Of a stretch of DNA of 64,000 nucleotides, positions 47,665-56,528 are shown piece after piece. The first letter of the stretch is position 1. Each line of letters starts with the position of its first letter. Position numbers and translations under genes: made by a program. The notes beneath the pieces were generated by a model, which did no database searches, was not told the origin of the DNA, and saw only the letters and a program-made list of their open reading frames with translations. This DNA comes from Hyphomicrobiales bacterium (GTDB taxonomy: Bacteria; Pseudomonadota; Alphaproteobacteria; Rhizobiales; TMED25), in the NCBI GenBank assembly GCA_038131735.1, contig JAYPPX010000001.1, forward strand, positions 1,186,592 to 1,250,591. Direction: 5' to 3'.

Positions 47665-48258
47665 TTATTTAGTTTCTTCATCACCCGATTCTTCTACTGG
47701 AGCTTCTTCTGCTGGAGCTTCTTCTGCTGGAGCTTCTTCTGCTGGAGCTTCTTCTGCAGCAGGCGCTTCTTCTGCTGGAGCTTCTTCTGCTGGAGCTTCT
47801 TCTGCTGGAGCTTCTTCTGCTGGAGCTTCTTCTGCTGGAGCTTCTTCTGCTGGAGCTTCTTCTGCTGGAGCTTCTTCTGCTGGAGCTTCTTCTGCAGCAG
47901 GTGCTTCTTCTACTGGAGCATCTTCTGTGGCTACAGCTTCCTCTGCTGGGGCTTCTTCAACTTCTTTTTTTGGAATTGCTTTCTTAGGATTATTTCTTGG
48001 TTCACGTTTTGCTAACCCCTCTGCATCAAGAAAACGAAGAACTCTATCTGTTGGCTTTGCACCTACGCCCATCCAATATGATATTCTCTCGTTTTGAAGG
48101 GTGACTCTTTCCTTGTGATCTTTAGGAAGCAATGGATTATAAGTTCCAAGTTTCTCAATAAATCTACCGTCTCTTGGGTTTCTAACATCTGTTACAACTA
48201 TTCTGTAATACGGACGTTTCTTTGAACCGCCTCTAGCCAACCTAATTTTTAATGCCAT
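47665..48258 (-). CDS. rpsP: 30S ribosomal protein S16 with a ~110-aa Ala/Glu/Pro repeat tail
   Basis: 197 aa. N-terminus [42 protein letters not shown] is canonical S16. The C-terminus consists of (AEEAP)n. Confidence 0.95.
   Translation of the reverse strand: MALKIRLARGGSKKRPYYRIVVTDVRNPRDGRFIEKLGTYNPLLPKDHKERVTLQNERISYWMGVGAKPTDRVLRFLDAEGLAKREPRNNPKKAIPKKEVEEAPAEEAVATEDAPVEEAPAAEEAPAEEAPAEEAPAEEAPAEEAPAEEAPAEEAPAEEAPAEEAPAAEEAPAEEAPAEEAPAEEAPVEESGDEETK
47696..47959. repeat. 15-bp tandem repeat array (unit gctggagcttcttct) inside rpsP
   Basis: 3 perfect copies at 47711-47755, an 18-bp variant, 8 perfect copies at 47774-47893, then degenerate copies. In frame on the minus strand as EEAPA. 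Confidence 0.95.
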
Positions 48259-48301
48259 TCCAATTCCTTTTAATTAAAATTCCACTTATAAATAGCCACA
48301 T

Positions 48302-49801
48302 TCACTTTTTTCGTCCAGTCAAATTTAACAAATTTGATAATTTATTTTGAGAATTTGGCAATCCGGGCAATCCAGGCAGTTTACCACCAGCGGAGTTACT
48401 CTGCAATTGAGATAACATTTTTTCTGAAATATTGCTATCATTTAATTTATTAATTTCATTATTATTTAGCTCTGGCATATCAAAATTTTGATCCAACATA
48501 CCCTTCTTCCCGAATTTTTTCATCATGTCTGATGTTTGCCGGTATAACTTTATGAGCTTATTTATTTCTGACACCTCTGTTCCTGAACCACTTGCTATTC
48601 TTCTTTTTCTTGAGGCATTCAATATTTTTGGGTTTCTTCTCTCTTTTGGAGTCATTGATGATATAATTGCAATTTGTCGGTGAATAATTTTATCATTCAT
48701 ATTTGACTCAGCCATTTGTTTTTTGACCTTACTGATGCCAGGCAACATTCCAAGTATTCCTGAAATACCCCCCATCTTGGACATCTGCTTAAGTTGCTGT
48801 GCCATATCATCCAGATCAAATAAACCTTTTGATATTTTTTTAGCTATCTTGTTAGCATTCTCAGTATCGATTGTTTCTTTGGCTTTCTCAACAAGGGATA
48901 CAATATCTCCCATCCCAAGAATCCTATTTGAAATACGATCAGGATAAAATTCTTCTAGATTTTCTATCTTCTCCCCTGTCCCAGCAAACTTTATTGGTTT
49001 ACCAGTAATGTGACTCATTGACAGAGCAGCCCCACCACGAGAGTCACCGTCTAACCTTGTTAGAATTACACCCGTTAGTGGTAATTTTTGTGAAAAAGAT
49101 TTTGCAACATTTACAGCATCTTGACCAGTTAAAGCATCTGCAACCAGTATTATCTCCTGAGAGTTTGCAATTTGATTAATACTATCTAATTCATTCATGA
49201 GATCTTCGTCTACATGCAATCTACCGGCTGTATCCAAAATCAATACATCAAAACCGCCTAATTTAGCTTCTTGAAAAGCTCTTTTGGTGATTTCTGTAGG
49301 CTTTTGGTTTTTAATTATTGGCAGTGTCACAATAGAGTTTTCAACACCAAGGATTTCTAGTTGCTCCTGCGCAGCTGGTCGGTTTACATCTAATGATGCC
49401 ATCATTACTTTATTTTTATATTTATTTCTGATGAAATGAGCAATTTTAGCAGAAGTAGTTGTCTTTCCTGAACCCTGCAAACCTACCATCATAATTACTG
49501 CAGGTGGATTTACTTTTAAGTTTAACTCGACATTTTCTGAACCAAGAAGTTTTGTGAGTTCATCATTAACAATTTTAATTACAGTCTGTCCTGGTGAAAC
49601 AGATTTTATAACTTCTTCACCAATCGCTTTTTCTCTAACTTTTTCTAGAAAATCTTTTACAACCTCCAAAGCAACGTCGGCTTCTAAAAGGGCTCTTCTA
49701 ACCTCCCTAAGTGCTTCATCAACATTCGATTCAGTGAGAAGCCCTCTTCCTGTAATCTTTGAAAAGACGTTAGATAATCTATCTGATAATGTTTCAAACA
49801 T
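48302..49801 (-). CDS. ffh: Signal recognition particle protein Ffh
   Basis: 499 aa. NG domain with GLQGSGKTTT, DTAGR, TRLDGD. Met-rich M domain and a Gly/Pro/Asn-rich C-terminal tail. Confidence 0.95.
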   Translation of the reverse strand: MFETLSDRLSNVFSKITGRGLLTESNVDEALREVRRALLEADVALEVVKDFLEKVREKAIGEEVIKSVSPGQTVIKIVNDELTKLLGSENVELNLKVNPPAVIMMVGLQGSGKTTTSAKIAHFIRNKYKNKVMMASLDVNRPAAQEQLEILGVENSIVTLPIIKNQKPTEITKRAFQEAKLGGFDVLILDTAGRLHVDEDLMNELDSINQIANSQEIILVADALTGQDAVNVAKSFSQKLPLTGVILTRLDGDSRGGAALSMSHITGKPIKFAGTGEKIENLEEFYPDRISNRILGMGDIVSLVEKAKETIDTENANKIAKKISKGLFDLDDMAQQLKQMSKMGGISGILGMLPGISKVKKQMAESNMNDKIIHRQIAIISSMTPKERRNPKILNASRKRRIASGSGTEVSEINKLIKLYRQTSDMMKKFGKKGMLDQNFDMPELNNNEINKLNDSNISEKMLSQLQSNSAGGKLPGLPGLPNSQNKLSNLLNLTGRKK

Positions 49802-49969
49802 ATAAAGTCTCTTATACCCCTAATCTATTTTTTGTCAGATAACGTTGCTCTGATAATATTTAAAATATCTCAAATAATCTAACTATTACTATCATAAAAT
49901 AAAAAAAATAACTATATTGCAAATATACATTACTTTACAATTGTGAGATATGCTTCCAAAGTTAATATA

Positions 49970-51091
49970 ATGAATAAAATTTCCTTTATCGATCTAAAGA
50001 CACAATATTCAATAATAGAAAAAGATATAAAAAATTCTATATCAAACGTTCTTGAGAGTAGCCAATTCATTCTTGGGCCAATTGTTGAGAAAGCCGAACT
50101 TTTATTATCAAAATATACTCAGGCAAAAAACACAATTACAGTATCAAGTGGAACAGATGCTCTATTTGTCTCTCTACTTGCTCTTAATATTGGACCTGGC
50201 TCAAAAGTCTTCTTGCCTGCATTTACATACACAGCAACTGCTGAGGTAATTGCATTGCTAAAAGCTACACCAGTATTTGTCGATGTGGATGACTCAACGT
50301 ATAATATCTCTCCAAGTGATCTTGACCTAAAAATAAATAGTTATAAGAAATCTGAGCTCGAAAATTCAGCAGTTATTGCTGTTGATTTATTTGGGCAACC
50401 AGCTGATTACAAAAGATTAAAAAAAATTACCGATGCATATGATCTTCATCTTATTTCGGACGCAGCTCAATCATTTGGTGGTACAATAGATAATACTAAA
50501 GTTGGGAAATTAGCCCCTATTACTACGACTAGTTTTTATCCAACTAAGCCATTATCATGTTACGGTGATGGCGGAGCAATATTTACCGATAATAATGATA
50601 TTGCTGAAAAAATTAAATCAATAAGGTCACACGGAATCAGTAATGATCCCTATGAGAATGTAAGAATTGGAACAAATGCAAGATTTGATGCAATTCAAGC
50701 TGCTGTAATTATTAATAAGTTAAATATTTTTGACGAAGAACTAATACAACGTCGAAAGATTGCATCAATTTATAATCAAGAACTAGAAGAATTTGCCCTT
50801 TTGCCTACAATACAAGCTGGAACGAAATCAGCATGGGCACACTACACAATTCGTACAAAAAAAAGAAATGCGATGAGAGCATTTTTATCGGAAAATGAAA
50901 TCCCGACAATGATATACTACCCAAAACCTATGCACAAACAGATTGCTTATCAGAATTACCATGACAGCAGTGCTCTACCAAATAGCGAAATGCTGTGTAC
51001 TGAAGTATTAAGTCTACCATTGCACCCATACATGAGTGAAGAACAAGTCCTTACGATTACTTCAAAAGTTAAAGAATTTTTAAAAAAATAA
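49970..51091 (+). CDS. DegT/DnrJ/EryC1/StrS-family PLP-dependent aminotransferase
   Basis: ORF track 49943..51091 (GTG). I prefer ATG 49970 (MNKISFIDLKTQY...), the typical family N-terminus. DAAQSFGG and FYPTKPL (PLP-Lys region) are present. Confidence 0.85.
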   Translation: MNKISFIDLKTQYSIIEKDIKNSISNVLESSQFILGPIVEKAELLLSKYTQAKNTITVSSGTDALFVSLLALNIGPGSKVFLPAFTYTATAEVIALLKATPVFVDVDDSTYNISPSDLDLKINSYKKSELENSAVIAVDLFGQPADYKRLKKITDAYDLHLISDAAQSFGGTIDNTKVGKLAPITTTSFYPTKPLSCYGDGGAIFTDNNDIAEKIKSIRSHGISNDPYENVRIGTNARFDAIQAAVIINKLNIFDEELIQRRKIASIYNQELEEFALLPTIQAGTKSAWAHYTIRTKKRNAMRAFLSENEIPTMIYYPKPMHKQIAYQNYHDSSALPNSEMLCTEVLSLPLHPYMSEEQVLTITSKVKEFLKK

Positions 51092-51103
51092 AAGGTTAAC
51101 CCA

Positions 51104-51952
51104 TTGAAAGTAAATTTTTATAAAATGAACGGTGCTGGAAATGAGTTTGTGATCGTAGATAACTCAAGGAAAGAATATACGATTACAAAGAGTTTAATTG
51201 AGAAAATGTCAAATAAAAATACTGGCCCTGGTTGTGATCAGTTCATTTCTATTGAGAAAATTAATGACAATAACGTTGATATAAAAATTTGGAACAAGGA
51301 TGGTAGTACTGCAGAAGCTTGCGGAAATGCCTCCAGGTGTGTGGCTAAAATTATCTTTGAAAAAAACCAAATTAATGAAATTAACTTAAATATGGATTCC
51401 CTAAAACATATCTGTAATCAAACAGACTACGGGGATGTGAGAGTTAACATGGGGAAAGCACAAACTCAATGGAACAAAATACCAACCACCCATAATATTG
51501 ATGACACCCTTCACTTTAATTACGACTTTCAAATAACTCCTATTAAAAATGTCCAAGATGTTTGTTTAGTGAATATTGGTAATCCTCATATAATTTTCTT
51601 TGTTAATAATTTAAATAACTTAAACATAACTGAAATTGGTCCAAAAATAGAAAATCATGAGATTTTTCCGGAAAGGATCAATGTTAGCTTTGCGAAAATA
51701 ATTGATAAAAATAATATCGATTTAATAGTGTGGGAAAGAGGTGCTGGAATAACAAAAGCGTGTGGAACAGCAGCAGCAGCAGTTACATTTGCTGCAAACA
51801 AATTATCTCTTTCTGATACAAATGTTAATATCAATCTCCCAGGAGGGAAACTGCAAATTAACATAGATGTAAAAGATAATATTTTTAAGTCAGGACCAGC
51901 AGAACTTGAATATATTGATGAATTCATATATGAAGAGGCCAATGGTAAATAA
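51104..51952 (+). CDS. dapF: Diaminopimelate epimerase
   Basis: 282 aa (TTG start as in the track; ATG 51125 is an alternative). KMNGAGNEFVIVD, catalytic Cys motifs CGNASRC and ACGTAA. Confidence 0.9.
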   Translation: MKVNFYKMNGAGNEFVIVDNSRKEYTITKSLIEKMSNKNTGPGCDQFISIEKINDNNVDIKIWNKDGSTAEACGNASRCVAKIIFEKNQINEINLNMDSLKHICNQTDYGDVRVNMGKAQTQWNKIPTTHNIDDTLHFNYDFQITPIKNVQDVCLVNIGNPHIIFFVNNLNNLNITEIGPKIENHEIFPERINVSFAKIIDKNNIDLIVWERGAGITKACGTAAAAVTFAANKLSLSDTNVNINLPGGKLQINIDVKDNIFKSGPAELEYIDEFIYEEANGK

Positions 51953-53189
51953 CTTAAATTTTCTTACGTTTGGATGTAAATTAAATACATACGAAACCCA
52001 AATTATGAGAGAAAAAGCTGAAAGCTCTCATTTGAAGAACTTTAGCTTCATAAATAGTTGTGCAGTCACAAATGAAGCTGTAAAACAAGTGCGACAAGCA
52101 ATTAGAAAAGAAAAGAAAAATCATCCCAATAACAAATTAGTTGTAACTGGATGCGCGGCGGAATTATATCCTCAAGACTTTATTAACATGCCAGAAGTTG
52201 ATTTTGTTATAGGTAACAATGAAAAAACAAAGACCAACACTTTCTTAAATCTTTCTGGTATAAATAATCAAGAAATAAAAGAGAATGAATACGGACATGA
52301 TGACCATCCATTTATAAATGGTTTTGAAGATAGGACAAGAGCGTTTGTTCAAATTCAAAATGGATGTGATCATAGATGTACATTTTGTATAATACCCTTC
52401 GCGAGAGGAAATGCTACCTCACTTCCTGGAGAGATCATAGTCAAACAAATACAAAAATTAATAGATAATGGTTATCATGAAATAATATTGACTGGAGTGG
52501 ATATCACTTCCTATGGGAAAGATCTCGATAAAAATATTACTCTCGGGAAACTGCTAAAATATATAATAAAAAATACAGATGGTCTAAAAAGATTAAGAAT
52601 TTCATCTATAGACTCAATCGAAATTGATGAAGATTTTCTCGAAATTTTTTCTATTGAAAATACCATTATGCCCCATCTACATCTATCATTACAATCAGGT
52701 AATAATATGGTCCTTAAAAGAATGTTAAGGCGTCACCAAACAGAAGATGCTGTCAATTTTTGTGAAAAAGTTAGAAAAATACGACCTGATACAGTATTTG
52801 GTGCAGATATTATTGCTGGCTTTCCGACTGAAACAGAAGAAATGCATCAAACAACCATAAAACACATAGATGAATGTGATATAAAATACTTACATATTTT
52901 CCCATTTTCTGCAAAAATTGGAACCCCAGCTGCAAGAATGCCGCAAGTAGATAAGAATACCATTCGAAGACGTGCAAAAGATCTAAGAGATTTAGGTTCA
53001 ATAAAATTGAATTCTTATCTTACAAGTGAGATCGGTAAGCAAAAAGAGATTCTCATTGAAAAGCCTGGATTCGGAAGAACAGAACAATATTCAATGGTCT
53101 TATTACCAAAAAATACGGTTCAAGGTGAAATTATCTCAAAAAAGATAATTGGCGTCAGCAAAAATCAGCTTCTCGCTGAATTAAGTTAA
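51942..53189 (+). CDS. mtaB: MiaB-like radical-SAM methylthiotransferase (MtaB type)
   Basis: ORF track 51906..53189. I prefer ATG 51942 (MVNNLNFLTFGCKLNTYE). Radical-SAM CDHRCTFC. Conserved alphaproteobacterial position between dapF and ftsY. Confidence 0.75.
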   Translation: MVNNLNFLTFGCKLNTYETQIMREKAESSHLKNFSFINSCAVTNEAVKQVRQAIRKEKKNHPNNKLVVTGCAAELYPQDFINMPEVDFVIGNNEKTKTNTFLNLSGINNQEIKENEYGHDDHPFINGFEDRTRAFVQIQNGCDHRCTFCIIPFARGNATSLPGEIIVKQIQKLIDNGYHEIILTGVDITSYGKDLDKNITLGKLLKYIIKNTDGLKRLRISSIDSIEIDEDFLEIFSIENTIMPHLHLSLQSGNNMVLKRMLRRHQTEDAVNFCEKVRKIRPDTVFGADIIAGFPTETEEMHQTTIKHIDECDIKYLHIFPFSAKIGTPAARMPQVDKNTIRRRAKDLRDLGSIKLNSYLTSEIGKQKEILIEKPGFGRTEQYSMVLLPKNTVQGEIISKKIIGVSKNQLLAELS

Positions 53190-53202
53190 GAACTCAAGAG
53201 AA

Positions 53203-54126
53203 ATGAAAAATACTTGGTTTCAAAAATTAAAAAATAGTCTTTCCAAATCTTCTTCAGCGATTTCGGAAGGAATTGTGAAGATTGTTAGTTCTAAAAAGCT
53301 TGACGAACAGACACTCCAAGATCTTGAAGATCTGCTAATCAGCGCCGATATAGGTGTTGACTCATCTATATCAATCATTGAAAACTTAAAAAAAGAAAAG
53401 TTCAATAAAGATGTTGAGATTGATGAGGTTAGAGAATTTATTGCCTCACAAATAGAATCTAAACTAGCTAATTCTTACGTTCCATTAAAAATAGAAAAAG
53501 AAACGACTCCTCAAATAATTTTAGTTGTAGGCGTCAATGGGTCTGGGAAAACTACAACAATAGCAAAGCTTGGCAACCTGATAAAAAAAAGAGGTCTGAG
53601 TGTTGTTTTCGGTGCTGCAGATACCTTTAGAGCTGCAGCGTCCGAACAATTACAAATGTGGGCTAAAAGATTAGACATAGAAATCATTACTATTCCTAGT
53701 TCAAATGATGCAGCAAGTGTAGCCTTTGAAACAGTAAAGAAAGCAAAAGAAACAAATAAAGATTTTGCTATAATTGATACAGCAGGTAGGCTTCAGAATA
53801 GAACAGAGCTTATGGATGAGCTTGCAAAAATTATCAGAGTTATTAAGAAAATAGACTCTAATGCGCCACATTCAATATTATTAACATTAGACGGGACTGC
53901 AGGTCAAAATGCAATTCAACAAGCAAAAGTTTTTAAAGAAATCGCGAACGTAACCGGTATGATAATTACAAAACTAGATGGTTCAGCTAAGGCAGGATAT
54001 ATTGTCTCAATCTCACAAGAATTAAATATTCCAATTCATTTCATTGGGGTTGGAGAGTCAGTAGAAGATTTAAATGACTTCAATATAAAAGATTTCTCAA
54101 GACTTATCGTAGGACTTGATGAATAA
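53203..54126 (+). CDS. ftsY: Signal recognition particle receptor FtsY (short N-terminal region)
   Basis: 307 aa. GVNGSGKTTT, DTAGRL, TKLDGSAKAG. Confidence 0.95.
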   Translation: MKNTWFQKLKNSLSKSSSAISEGIVKIVSSKKLDEQTLQDLEDLLISADIGVDSSISIIENLKKEKFNKDVEIDEVREFIASQIESKLANSYVPLKIEKETTPQIILVVGVNGSGKTTTIAKLGNLIKKRGLSVVFGAADTFRAAASEQLQMWAKRLDIEIITIPSSNDAASVAFETVKKAKETNKDFAIIDTAGRLQNRTELMDELAKIIRVIKKIDSNAPHSILLTLDGTAGQNAIQQAKVFKEIANVTGMIITKLDGSAKAGYIVSISQELNIPIHFIGVGESVEDLNDFNIKDFSRLIVGLDE

Positions 54127-54134
54127 TAATTGAT

Positions 54135-54584
54135 ATGACACTAAAGAAAAAACACCCACCAAATTCTGAGAATCCAAAAAATTCTATATCCTTGATATTT
54201 CACCAAGTGCAGCAAAAGATGGACCTTGATCAAAAAAATATTTTCTCTAAGTACAGCATTACTCCAAGACAATTCATAGTACTACAAACTATTGATTACT
54301 TCCCTGGCTTAAATCAAAACCAAATTGTTGCTCATATTCAAATTGATCGATCCACTGTGAGCGATATTATACAAAAGCTAGAAAATAAAAATTATATATA
54401 TAGTCATCCTGATTCAAATGATAAAAGAAATAAAGAAATAAAAATCTCATCTCAAGGCAGAAGTGTCTTGAGAAGGTTACAAAAAGTAGTTAACGAGCAA
54501 GAAAAAGATTTTCTTAGAAAGATTAAGCTGGATACGAAAAATAAATTACTGTCGAGCCTAAAAAGGTACGCTAGAGATAATTAA
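54135..54584 (+). CDS. MarR-family transcriptional regulator
   Basis: 149 aa. Winged-helix segment ITPRQFIVLQTI....NQNQIVAHIQIDRSTVSDIIQKLENKNYI...D.RNKEI.IS..G. Confidence 0.8.
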   Translation: MTLKKKHPPNSENPKNSISLIFHQVQQKMDLDQKNIFSKYSITPRQFIVLQTIDYFPGLNQNQIVAHIQIDRSTVSDIIQKLENKNYIYSHPDSNDKRNKEIKISSQGRSVLRRLQKVVNEQEKDFLRKIKLDTKNKLLSSLKRYARDN

Positions 54585-54601
54585 TTTAAAAACTTAAATA
54601 T

Positions 54602-55804
54602 TTACTCTCTTTCAAAAAATCCTGGGTGCTCACGGTGAACTCCAAAGTTGACAATTCTTTTCCCATATCTGAGATTCAAATTATCTACTGATGATGATAA
54701 CCTCTCTCTTAAATTCTTCTCACCCGCTTGTAATTGAAGAAAAAATTCCCCTGATCTATCTTTTAGTTTGATCAAACCGCTTAATCTAACGCCAACAAAA
54801 TCGATTCTATTGGGATACAAGTTTATACCAATTTTATCCCATAATTTTTTAAACTCTCTTAGGAAAAAAAATGTGTCTTGAGAAAATACAAATGTAACCG
54901 AATCTTGCCAAACACCAACGCTATTTATTCTTATAAAAACATCCAGACGACTAGCACAATAATTATGTTTCCTTATTCTTTCAGAGGATTTTTCTACTAA
55001 CCACCTACCTACAAGATAAGCTCTAAAAGGAGACCGATTCTCTGGAGAAAGCACCTTAGAATTACCATAACTACCTCGAGTTGAATTATTAATGGGAATA
55101 TCTTCACCTCTTAAAGCTCTTACAAATCGTTCCCCTTCTATAGATCTCCAAACCAGTCTAGCGTGACGCGGATCCATATTATATAAATCACTAATAGAAT
55201 ATATTTTAGAGTTAAGTAATTTCCTTTTAATTCCTCTAGAAATTCCTGGGAGATCATCTAATGATAAGTGATTAATCCTCTCTGGCATATTCTCTTTATA
55301 TAGCCATTGCAAACCGTCCGGTTTTTGTATTTTACTTGCTATCTTGGCTAGCAGTGGATTGGGACCAATCCCTATCGATAATCTTATTTGACTACCAACG
55401 TTTTGCTTAATGAGTAGTTTTATCTTTGTCGATAAATCTATTGCATTGTGTAAACTGGTATTATTGCCTCCTAAATATACTTGGAATTCATCAATAGACC
55501 TGACACTCTCGAGTTCGGCAATACCATCTATTAAATATGAAATATACCTATTATATTTTGCATAAAGCTTATGTCTGCTTTGCCTAAAATTAATACCAGG
55601 GCATAAAATCTTAGCATCATAAACTCTCGTCCCAGTTCTTACACCATAAGCTTTAGCTTCATAACTGGCGGCTACCACACACCCTGCATCATTATTTATA
55701 GCAGTAATGGCAACAGGCTTATTCCTTATACTAGGATCTAGCTGCTGCTCAATACTCGCGAAAAAACTATCCATATCAATATATAAGGTCTTAAAATTCG
55801 TCAT
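54602..55804 (-). CDS. dinB: Y-family DNA polymerase (DinB/Pol IV-like)
   Basis: 400 aa. LYIDMDSFFASIEQ (catalytic DxD), VRSIDEFQV (catalytic D-E), HhH-like LSLDDLPGISRGIKRKL. SOS box 33 nt upstream. Confidence 0.75.
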   Translation of the reverse strand: MTNFKTLYIDMDSFFASIEQQLDPSIRNKPVAITAINNDAGCVVAASYEAKAYGVRTGTRVYDAKILCPGINFRQSRHKLYAKYNRYISYLIDGIAELESVRSIDEFQVYLGGNNTSLHNAIDLSTKIKLLIKQNVGSQIRLSIGIGPNPLLAKIASKIQKPDGLQWLYKENMPERINHLSLDDLPGISRGIKRKLLNSKIYSISDLYNMDPRHARLVWRSIEGERFVRALRGEDIPINNSTRGSYGNSKVLSPENRSPFRAYLVGRWLVEKSSERIRKHNYCASRLDVFIRINSVGVWQDSVTFVFSQDTFFFLREFKKLWDKIGINLYPNRIDFVGVRLSGLIKLKDRSGEFFLQLQAGEKNLRERLSSSVDNLNLRYGKRIVNFGVHREHPGFFERE

Positions 55805-55836
55805 TTATAATTTTTTTCTTTATTTATTATTATTTT

Positions 55837-55851
55837 GTTCTTATTTTGTTC
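55837..55851. promoter_or_regulatory. Alphaproteobacterial LexA (SOS) box GTTC-N7-GTTC
   Basis: gttcttattttgttc lies in the 53-nt spacer between the divergent Y-family polymerase gene and a small ORF. It matches the direct-repeat GTTC-N7-GTTC consensus described for Rhodobacter/Rhizobium-type LexA. Confidence 0.6.
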
Positions 55852-55857
55852 TATACC

Positions 55858-56163
55858 ATGGATAAAAAAAAACAATTAAAAAATGTCGCTTTTGGAGGAG
55901 ATTGGTCTGAGAAAACATTGGCTGATTATGAAAGAGAGGTTTTTCTCGGTAAATTACGAAGGGCCTACCAACAATCTATGACAGGAGAATTGAAAGATAG
56001 AGAGCTCCAAGAAATATCAACCTACATCAGAGAAAATATAGAAAAAGGTGACCTCTTGGCAAAATCATTTGAAGAAAAAATAAGAATCAAAGATCCCCAT
56101 CAAAAAAAGATAGCCCTTTTAAAAGTAATCAATATTATAAAGCTATGGTTAGCGATAAGATAA
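55858..56163 (+). CDS. Hypothetical protein (101 aa)
   Basis: ORF track 55846..56163 (TTG). I prefer ATG 55858 (MDKKKQLKNVAF...). Charged, helical-looking. No family recognised. Confidence 0.45.
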   Translation: MDKKKQLKNVAFGGDWSEKTLADYEREVFLGKLRRAYQQSMTGELKDRELQEISTYIRENIEKGDLLAKSFEEKIRIKDPHQKKIALLKVINIIKLWLAIR

Positions 56164-56177
56164 TTGATGATTATCCG

Positions 56178-56507
56178 TCATCCTGTCCGTGTATTTGACA
56201 GCATAAAAATAATAACAACTCCCAATAATATAAATGCAATACCTATAAGAGCAGGCAAATCCAAATTTTGTTTAAAAAATAAATATCCAACAATCGTGAC
56301 CAGCACAATGCCCATACCCGACCAAATTGCATAAACAATCCCAACAGGTAGAAATTTTAGAACTATTGATGATAAGAAAAGGGCAACAAAAAAGCATGAT
56401 ACAGCAAGTATAGAAGGTAAAAGTTGAGAAAACCCATTAGACATTTTCAAGAAACTTGTCCCAAGCGTCTCTGCAACTATTGCCAAAAAAAGATATAACC
56501 AATGCAT
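56178..56507 (-). CDS. SMR-family small multidrug/quaternary-cation efflux protein (EmrE/QacE-like)
   Basis: 109 aa, 4 TM. MHWLYLFLAIVAETLGTSFLK with the essential membrane-embedded Glu14. Confidence 0.9.
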   Translation of the reverse strand: MHWLYLFLAIVAETLGTSFLKMSNGFSQLLPSILAVSCFFVALFLSSIVLKFLPVGIVYAIWSGMGIVLVTIVGYLFFKQNLDLPALIGIAFILLGVVIIFMLSNTRTG

Positions 56508-56528
56508 CTATACTCTTTCTAAAAAAAC

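Noticed and set aside
47696-47959. Regularly spaced short repeats that could be mistaken for a CRISPR array.
   Set aside because: The units are 15 bp, head-to-tail with no spacers, and in frame within rpsP. No cas genes are present.
47641-48097. Two long plus-strand ORFs (124 and 148 aa) made of FFCWS and GASSA repeats.
   Set aside because: They are mirror frames of the 15-bp tandem array. The opposite strand encodes a bona fide S16 N-terminus continuous with the repeat. They have no independent start context.
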